DNA of 35,760 nt from Sulfurimonadaceae bacterium. GTDB taxonomy: Bacteria > Campylobacterota > Campylobacteria > Campylobacterales > Sulfurimonadaceae. Position numbers and translations under genes: made by a program. Positions 29,469-35,760 of the stretch are shown here, piece after piece (the stretch's first letter is position 1; each line of letters begins with the position of its first letter). The stretch spans positions 1 through 35,760 of the forward strand of contig JBFFUI010000021.1 of assembly GCA_041571435.1 (NCBI GenBank), in the 5' to 3' direction. The notes beneath the pieces are model-generated. The model was given only the letters and a program-made list of their open reading frames with translations, did no database searches and had not been told where the DNA came from.

Positions 29469-30086
29469 ATGCAAAAAATAATATTTGTTCTTCTTATCTT
29501 AATTTCTGGTGCATTAGCAGCACCGATTCACAAAGCGGCAGTCGATGGTAATATAAAGGCGATGCAGTTCGAGCTTACGGACGGTATTGATATCAATCTT
29601 GTCAACAAGCATGGTCAGACACCGCTGGTGCTTGCCGTCTACAATGAACATCCTGATATGGTTGAACTGCTTCTTAGAAAAGGGGCCGACACCAATGTAG
29701 AGATGCAAAATGGACAGACTGCCATTTTTATTGCCGCTTATCTGGGAAAGAACAAGATGATCATCAGTCTACTGGAAAAGGGTGCGCAACTCAACATTCA
29801 TGATAAGAAAGGGGACACGCCTTTGCATAAAGCAGCAGAAGGCGGCCATGCAAGTGCTGTAAGAATACTGCTTGAACACGGTGCCAAAATAGACGCGCTG
29901 AACAATGAAAAATCGTCTCCCCTTCATATTGCTGCGAAACTGGGCAATGAAGATGCCATCTGGGCACTCGTCAAAGCCGGTGCAAGCAACAAGTTTGTGA
30001 ATGATGAAGGGATGACCGCCTCTGAAGTCGCAGATGAAGAAGATTACGGCAGGATCGTAAAGATCATCCTGAAATACGCTAAATAA
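29469..30086 (+). CDS. Exported ankyrin-repeat protein
   Basis: Signal peptide MQKIIFVLLILISGALA; about 5-6 ankyrin repeats (GQTPLVLAV, GQTAIFIAA, GDTPLHKAA, SSPLHIAA). Confidence 0.9.
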   Translation: MQKIIFVLLILISGALAAPIHKAAVDGNIKAMQFELTDGIDINLVNKHGQTPLVLAVYNEHPDMVELLLRKGADTNVEMQNGQTAIFIAAYLGKNKMIISLLEKGAQLNIHDKKGDTPLHKAAEGGHASAVRILLEHGAKIDALNNEKSSPLHIAAKLGNEDAIWALVKAGASNKFVNDEGMTASEVADEEDYGRIVKIILKYAK

Positions 30087-30282
30087 TTTAAGTTTCGCTA
30101 CAGCACCTGCCGCACAAACAATAGTGCTTTACCACCGCACACTATCAGAATGCATCATACAGTTGTTCGCTCTAGGAAGCTGCAACCCATCCTAACCTAT
30201 GGATTTGCATCCGCTGCAAACTACACCGAAATCAGAAACTTAGTACCTCAGATCAGCCTTGATGGGCTTCGTCATCTTTCTT

Positions 30283-30291
30283 TGTTATAAT
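30283..30291 (+). promoter_or_regulatory. Extended -10 promoter element upstream of proA
   Basis: TG-T-TATAAT, 47 nt before the proA ATG. Confidence 0.55.
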
Positions 30292-30338
30292 AGTGGCTAC
30301 TAACAACAAGGTATTTATACCTGACAGAACGGATAATT

Positions 30339-31571
30339 ATGGAAAAATTTTTACAAAAGGCAAAAGAGAGTTCTCGTATCCTGGCAACATTGAGCGGACA
30401 CGACAAAAATCGCATTTTACGCGAGATGGCCGAAGCGCTCCGTGCCAACACGATGAACATTATGGAAGAAAACGCAAAAGATATGCGTGCGGCCGATGAG
30501 AACGATCTTGCGGCCTCTCTAAAAGACCGTCTCTACCTTGATGAAAAGCGTATTGACGCGATGGCGGTCGCGATCGAAGAGATCGCTGCGCTTAAAGAGC
30601 CTGTCGGACGTGTGCTTGACGGATGGGTCACGGAAGACGGTTTAAAGATCGAGAAAGTGACCATCCCTATCGGTGTTATCGGGATCATCTACGAATCACG
30701 CCCGAATGTGACCTCTGACACGGCTGCACTCTGTTTCAAGTCAGCAAATGTCTGTGTTTTGAAAGGCGGAAAAGAGGCGGAGCATTCGAATGTCGCCATT
30801 GCTGATGTGCTGCGCTCGACACTGCGTAAAAATGATCTTCCCGAAGCGATGATCTCACTTCTGCCGGACGCCTCGCGCGAAGGGGTTGCAAAGCTGATCA
30901 AGATGGACAAATACGTTGACCTGATCGTCCCTCGAGGCGGTGCAGGGCTTATCCGTTATGTCAGCGAGAATGCGACAGTCCCGGTGGTCAAACACGACAA
31001 AGGGCAGTGCCATACCTACATCGACAAAGATGCTGATACGGGCAAAGCGATCACCATCGCGATCAATGCCAAAGTCGATCGTCCCGGTGTCTGCAATGCC
31101 ATGGAAACGCTGCTGGTTGACCATGCCATTGCCAAGGATATACTGCCTAAGCTGAAGATGGCATTTGACGAAGCCAATACGGAACTTAAAGGGTGCGATG
31201 AGACGCAATCCATCATAGAAGTCGCGCATGCGACCGACGCCGATTACGATACAGAATACCTTGCTAATATCCTGAACATTAAAGTGGTCGATGGAGTAAA
31301 CGGTGCTGTTGAACACATCGTCCGTTTTGGTTCAGGACACTCAGAAGCGATTATTACCGAGAACTATACTTCGGCCGAGCGGTTCTTGAATGCCGTTGAT
31401 GCTGCAGCAGTTTATGTCAATGCCTCGACCCGTTTTACCGATGGAGGTGCCTTTGGTTTTGGTGCCGAAGTGGGGATATCGACCAACAAACTGCATGCAC
31501 GCGGTCCGATGGGAATAGAGGGATTGACCACCTATAAGTTCAAGATTTACGGCAACGGTCAGATACGTTGA
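30339..31571 (+). CDS. proA: Glutamate-5-semialdehyde dehydrogenase
   Basis: IIYESRPNVT, LKGGKEA, PRGGAGLI, CNAMETLL, NASTRFTDGGAFGFGAEVGIST. Confidence 0.98.
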   Translation: MEKFLQKAKESSRILATLSGHDKNRILREMAEALRANTMNIMEENAKDMRAADENDLAASLKDRLYLDEKRIDAMAVAIEEIAALKEPVGRVLDGWVTEDGLKIEKVTIPIGVIGIIYESRPNVTSDTAALCFKSANVCVLKGGKEAEHSNVAIADVLRSTLRKNDLPEAMISLLPDASREGVAKLIKMDKYVDLIVPRGGAGLIRYVSENATVPVVKHDKGQCHTYIDKDADTGKAITIAINAKVDRPGVCNAMETLLVDHAIAKDILPKLKMAFDEANTELKGCDETQSIIEVAHATDADYDTEYLANILNIKVVDGVNGAVEHIVRFGSGHSEAIITENYTSAERFLNAVDAAAVYVNASTRFTDGGAFGFGAEVGISTNKLHARGPMGIEGLTTYKFKIYGNGQIR

Positions 31572-32149
31572 AACCGGTCCTCGAAGTAGAACAGCTTAGT
31601 TTTGGTTACACAAAAGAGAAGCTGCTCTATGATGATTTTTCATTAACACTTCAGCAAGGGGAGATTAAAGCCGTTGTCGGTGCAAGCGGTTCCGGAAAGT
31701 CAACACTGTTTGAACTTATTTTGGGCAACCTCAAACCCCTTAAGGGAGGAGTGCAGTCCAGCCCCGTTTCCCAGGTCTTCCAAGACCCATATACCTCTTT
31801 TCACCCCTCCTATACTATTATCAATCAGATCAAAGATGTCGCACCTTTGGATCGTTTGCAAGAGTACCTGCATGAGATGAATCTTGACGCTTCCTTGTTG
31901 CAGAAAAAACCGCACGAGCTCTCCGGCGGTCAACTGCAACGCTGTTCAATCGTCAGGGCGCTGCTTATGAAACCGCAACTGCTTCTGCTGGATGAGCCGA
32001 CATCGGCACTAGACAATGTGATCCAGCTCGATGTAATGAAACTGCTCTTGAAACATCTGGACAAGACAGCCATGCTGCTAATCACCCATGAACTGGACCT
32101 TGCCCGCTGGTGCGCCGACGAGATCATAGAGATAGGAGGTGTAGTTTGA
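31568..32149 (+). CDS. Stand-alone ABC ATP-binding protein
   Basis: GASGSGKS, VFQDP, LSGGQLQR, LLLDEPTSALD, ITH; TTG start overlapping the proA stop. Confidence 0.9.
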   Translation: MKPVLEVEQLSFGYTKEKLLYDDFSLTLQQGEIKAVVGASGSGKSTLFELILGNLKPLKGGVQSSPVSQVFQDPYTSFHPSYTIINQIKDVAPLDRLQEYLHEMNLDASLLQKKPHELSGGQLQRCSIVRALLMKPQLLLLDEPTSALDNVIQLDVMKLLLKHLDKTAMLLITHELDLARWCADEIIEIGGVV

Positions 32150-32700
32150 TTTTGTACCTTCATGGTTTCGCGTCCTGCGGTGATTCGAACAAAACAAAGT
32201 TGCTCAAAGAGTATTTTGGCGAAGATAATGTCGTCGCACCTGATCTGCCGGTCGATCCTGTTGAAGCAATCAGCTTTATCAAACAACAGATATTCGCACA
32301 TGATATCGATCTGCTGATAGGCTCTTCACTGGGTGGTTTTTATGCGACCTATTTTACCGAACTCTACGGCATCAAAACGGTGCTGATCAATCCGTCGACC
32401 CAGCCTTTTATTTCCTTGGCACCCTATGTCGGAACAAACCACTTTTGGTGCAGCGGCGAACCGTTCGAATTCACGCGTGAACATCTTAACAGTCTGTTTG
32501 AATTTGCCGTCGGAAAGCTGAAAAGTCCAAAACGCTATTTCGTATTGCTGCAGACAGGTGACGAAGTGCTCGATTATACCAAAGCGGAGGCAAAGTACGC
32601 AGGGGCGAACTTTTTCGTAGAAGAGGGCGGTAATCACCGTTTTGAAAACCTGGATGCCTATTTGGAAACGATCAAGAAGTTTAGAGAAACGAACGGGTAG
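32146..32700 (+). CDS. YqiA/YcfP-family alpha/beta esterase
   Basis: LYLHGFAS, GSSLGGFYA nucleophile elbow, LINP, GDEVLDY, EGGNHRF; TTG start after GGAGG. Confidence 0.9.
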   Translation: MILYLHGFASCGDSNKTKLLKEYFGEDNVVAPDLPVDPVEAISFIKQQIFAHDIDLLIGSSLGGFYATYFTELYGIKTVLINPSTQPFISLAPYVGTNHFWCSGEPFEFTREHLNSLFEFAVGKLKSPKRYFVLLQTGDEVLDYTKAEAKYAGANFFVEEGGNHRFENLDAYLETIKKFRETNG

Positions 32701-32705
32701 GCAAT

Positions 32706-33242
32706 GTGATGACAGGTCAGCAGTTGGCAGCAAAGATCGCGGCAAAAGTTGGTGATATCACAGAAGAAGAAGCCTGCGCGATCGTCAATGCAGCTAACAG
32801 CTCTCTTCTCGGCGGCGGCGGTGTTGACGGTGCGATCCACCGTGCAGGTGGCAGTGCGATTTTAGCAGCGTGCAGGAAACTCCGTGCCAGCCATTATCCT
32901 GACGGACTGCCTACAGGTGAAGCTGCAGCGACTACGGCAGGTGAGATGCCTGCAGAGTATGTCATACATACTGTCGGCCCCATCTATAGCCGCTGCGATG
33001 GTCAATGTGCCGAACTTTTAAAACGTTGTTATGTCAACAGTATCGAAGAGGCCTTGAGAGTAGGGTGTGACAGTATCGTCTTTCCCGCGATATCAACAGG
33101 AATATACGGTTATCCCAAGAGAGCAGCAGCAAAAGTGGCATTTGATGCAGTTCAAGAGGCACTGTCGGATCGCGAGATGAAGGTGACCTTTATCTTCCAT
33201 TCACAAAGTGGCCTTGAAACGTTTATAAAAGCGATTACTTAA
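32706..33242 (+). CDS. ymdB: Macrodomain protein, O-acetyl-ADP-ribose deacetylase (YmdB/MacroD type)
   Basis: GDIT, IVNAANSSLLGGGGVDGAIHRAGG, VIHTVGP, FPAISTGIYGYP. Confidence 0.92.
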   Translation: MMTGQQLAAKIAAKVGDITEEEACAIVNAANSSLLGGGGVDGAIHRAGGSAILAACRKLRASHYPDGLPTGEAAATTAGEMPAEYVIHTVGPIYSRCDGQCAELLKRCYVNSIEEALRVGCDSIVFPAISTGIYGYPKRAAAKVAFDAVQEALSDREMKVTFIFHSQSGLETFIKAIT

Positions 33243-33630
33243 AAAAGGTCGAGGTGAGTGTAAAGCCGGCACCGGCCATCAAAATGGTGCCAAAGACGTT
33301 GAGTGCCATATTGGCCGCCGCCAGCAGATAACTGCCGCCTTGCAGCAGGAAAAAACTCTCCATAGCAAAGGTAGAGTAGGTGGTCAGGGCGCCAAGAAGA
33401 CCGGTCGTTAAAAAAGATTTCATCTCGACGGAGAGAAGGGTGTCCTGTGTTGTATTGGCAAAGATCGCAAACAACACACCGATTGCCAATGAACCAATGA
33501 GATTGACACCAAGTGTTCCGAGCGGAAGCACATGCGGAAAATGGTGGTTGACAACACCGTTAAGATAGGCGCGCATAACAGCGCCGATAAATCCGCCTAA
33601 GCCGATAGCAAGAAACGTATAGACGTTCAT
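33235..33630 (-). CDS. crcB: Fluoride channel Fluc/CrcB
   Basis: GGFIGAVMR, PLGTLGVNLIGS, TGLLGALTTYSTF. Confidence 0.95.
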   Translation of the reverse strand: MNVYTFLAIGLGGFIGAVMRAYLNGVVNHHFPHVLPLGTLGVNLIGSLAIGVLFAIFANTTQDTLLSVEMKSFLTTGLLGALTTYSTFAMESFFLLQGGSYLLAAANMALNVFGTILMAGAGFTLTSTFFK

Positions 33631-34329
33631 CTATTTTGCATCCAGTTTGGCCACATACTCATCATAGGTCTTTTGCATCGTGGTTTGAAGTTCGCTCAGC
33701 CATTTTTCATTCTCTTTGGACGCGATGAAGGAATCAAGGTAGACGATAGTTATACTGCCCGTCCGGCCGCTTTTGTTCTTGAGATCGAAATAGCGCGATG
33801 TGTTGATGAGAACGACAGGCTGAACACGCAGTTCATATTTGTCCGCAACCATTTTTGCACCGGGTTTGAAGTCGCGCATTTTCGGGCCGCTTGAGCGTGT
33901 TCCCTCCGGAAACATTACGATGCAGCGGCCCTGGTCAAGACGCTTTTTACTCTCTCTGACCAAAGAGACCATGGCTGCTTTACTGCCGCGATCGACAGCG
34001 ATATCATCCGAGACACGAATGGCCAGACCGAAAAAAGGGACGCTGAAAAGCTCTTTTTTCGCAACCCAGACAAGGTCGCGATTGGTGGTGCACTCCAATG
34101 CCGAGATGTCAATATCGCTTTGATGGTTGGCGATAAGCATCTGTGCCTCAGGATCGATCTTCCCGACTATCTTGACCGGGTTGAACATAAAGAGGTGAAT
34201 GAAATGTGAAGCGATCTTGGAGCCGTATGGCTTGGGTACGAATTTCCAGACGATGATCTTAATAGCAAGACCGATAAGGATGATGACAAGGTCATAAAAC
34301 CAGTTAATTCGAGCAAATATCGTCTTCAC
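33631..34329 (-). CDS. plsC: 1-acyl-sn-glycerol-3-phosphate acyltransferase
   Basis: NHQSDID, AKKELF, FPEGTRS; probable GTG start at 34329. Confidence 0.92.
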   Translation of the reverse strand: MKTIFARINWFYDLVIILIGLAIKIIVWKFVPKPYGSKIASHFIHLFMFNPVKIVGKIDPEAQMLIANHQSDIDISALECTTNRDLVWVAKKELFSVPFFGLAIRVSDDIAVDRGSKAAMVSLVRESKKRLDQGRCIVMFPEGTRSSGPKMRDFKPGAKMVADKYELRVQPVVLINTSRYFDLKNKSGRTGSITIVYLDSFIASKENEKWLSELQTTMQKTYDEYVAKLDAK

Positions 34330-35374
34330 TGACCCATCCAATCTTCTCGTTATGTGTGATCTGTTTATACCCTTTGACACTGTTCTTGACCTCAAAATTG
34401 CCTTGAGCAGTTAGCTTGTCAAATACGGTTGCATTTTCGATCGGTAAAAGGTAGAGCGGAGCATCAGCATTGACGCAGATGTTTTCTGCAGGTGTTGCCT
34501 GAAGTGCGATGTAGATGCCGGGCGCAATGACAAAGAGAATGATCCACCATTTACGGTACACGATCAATAGTATGAGCGCAATAACAATGACAACGCCCGC
34601 GATAGCGATCTTGATCATATAGTTCTTGTTCTCTGTTGGTTTGAGGTCACTCTGCGTGGAGACGGAGTCATCGATCACCTCGATCGGGATCGTTACCTTC
34701 ATATAACGCTCTTTAGTAAGATCGAAGTAGGTGAACTCTAGTTTCTCAAACTTTTTAGGGATGACAGTGTAATAGGTCATGCTGGCTCTGTCGATGCCTG
34801 TTTTTGTGCTTTCAAAACCCTGCTCTTTGACACCGTTAAGCTTAAAGGCTTTGATATTACAGTGTGTCGCTTCAGCGTCAAAGGTCAAGATGTTGTATTT
34901 GTTGTCATACTTTTTGGCATCGATCGTAGTGACCTTAAAGCTGTCAGCCAGAATCCCGGCAAATTTTTGGTCGGGGTTGAGTGTTACCCCTTCAATCTTC
35001 TCACCTTTGAGCGTTGTCTTCTCGTCACCGATCGAAGCCGTGATATCCGGCAGTATAATAGTGCTGGAAGTGGCTAGAAAGTAGAAGGTGTCTAAGACAT
35101 AGGTACCTTTGTCCTTGCGTTGCGGAGACCGGCTTTGCAGGGTTGCACCGCGGGCACCTTTAAAACTGTATTTCAGTTTGTTGTGCTGTCTGATCGTGGA
35201 GAGTGTCTTAAGTGTAATAGAGAAGTATTGGCCGTTGAAAACACGCTCCGGAATATTCTCTTTATAGGTGTCATCATGGTAGGAGAGATAGATAACCTGC
35301 TGTTTTGCCTGCAGTACTGACGGCATTAAAAAAGCAGTAAAGAACAGGGTTAAAACAAGTAGCAGCTGTCTCAA
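34304..35374 (-). CDS. Conserved exported/membrane protein with SH3-like C-terminus (Campylobacterota purQ-plsC intervening gene)
   Basis: Signal peptide, two TM helices near the C-terminus, terminal KIGWV motif; position between purQ and plsC. Confidence 0.75.
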   Translation of the reverse strand: MRQLLLVLTLFFTAFLMPSVLQAKQQVIYLSYHDDTYKENIPERVFNGQYFSITLKTLSTIRQHNKLKYSFKGARGATLQSRSPQRKDKGTYVLDTFYFLATSSTIILPDITASIGDEKTTLKGEKIEGVTLNPDQKFAGILADSFKVTTIDAKKYDNKYNILTFDAEATHCNIKAFKLNGVKEQGFESTKTGIDRASMTYYTVIPKKFEKLEFTYFDLTKERYMKVTIPIEVIDDSVSTQSDLKPTENKNYMIKIAIAGVVIVIALILLIVYRKWWIILFVIAPGIYIALQATPAENICVNADAPLYLLPIENATVFDKLTAQGNFEVKNSVKGYKQITHNEKIGWVSEDDICSN

Positions 35375-35376
35375 AA

Positions 35377-35760
35377 CTACATCAACCCTTCAAGCATCTT
35401 GATGCCATCAGAAGAGCCCAGCACCTCTTCCATTGCACGTTCAGGGTGCGGCATAAGCCCAAAGACGTTTTTCGCTTTGTTGCAGATACCGGCAATTGAG
35501 TCCACTGAACCGTTCGGGTTGGAGATGTTGCCGTCTTTGTCACAATAGTGAAGAAGGACCTGCTCATTTGCATAGAGCTCTTTTAGACCCTCTTCATCAA
35601 TGAAAAAGTTTCCGTCATGATGGGCAATAGGGATGTTGACAACGTCACCGTTATTGAACTTTTGCAAAAAGTCATTGCTGTTGTTCACCACTTTAAGGTG
35701 ATGGTGTTTAGAGATAAAGTGCAGGTGCTCGTTGCGTTTGAGTGCGCCTGGAAGCATATG
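35377..35760 (-). CDS. purQ: Phosphoribosylformylglycinamidine synthase glutaminase subunit PurQ (5' end outside window)
   Basis: [31 protein letters not shown]. Confidence 0.95.
   Translation of the reverse strand, partial: HMLPGALKRNEHLHFISKHHHLKVVNNSNDFLQKFNNGDVVNIPIAHHDGNFFIDEEGLKELYANEQVLLHYCDKDGNISNPNGSVDSIAGICNKAKNVFGLMPHPERAMEEVLGSSDGIKMLEGLM

Noticed and set aside
30087-30338. ncRNA or riboswitch upstream of proA
   Set aside because: No recognisable conserved motif; the likely promoter lies only 47 nt from the start codon.
32706-33242. Macrodomain as part of an anti-phage or DarTG toxin-antitoxin system
   Set aside because: Stand-alone YmdB/MacroD-type sequence with no adjacent ADP-ribosyltransferase, TIR or SIR2 gene.

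Overview
Mostly housekeeping chromosomal window from a Campylobacterota (epsilonproteobacterial, probably Sulfurimonas/Sulfurovum-like) bacterium, inferred from protein motifs and a Campylobacter-like gene order (sppA-mqnF / aroQ-folK-flhG...LOG-mnmA; purQ-hyp-plsC-crcB). It holds 34 supportable CDSs. I recognised no rRNA, tRNA, CRISPR array or mobile element. Highlights: (1) The usual folK-flhF-flhG-fliA-fliM-fliY flagellar cluster is reduced to two translationally coupled genes. One is an FlhG lacking its FlhF-activating N-terminal helix. The other is an intact but highly diverged FliM-FliN/FliY fusion that keeps the EIDAL motif and two SPOA-like domains but has lost the FliG-binding GGxG motif. 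This could be a repurposed, flagellum-independent polar module. (2) A 1543-aa surface lipoprotein with Ig/cadherin-like repeats, about 28 bacterial-type D/E-x-N-x-S/T N-glycosylation sequons and an unrecognised triplicated C-terminal domain. (3) A eukaryote-type arginine (phosphagen) kinase. (4) A gammaproteobacterial-type selD-mnmH cassette. (5) grpE-dnaK with no upstream hrcA, behind a consensus promoter carrying two HspR/HAIR-like boxes. All homology calls come from motif recognition by eye; no searches were run.
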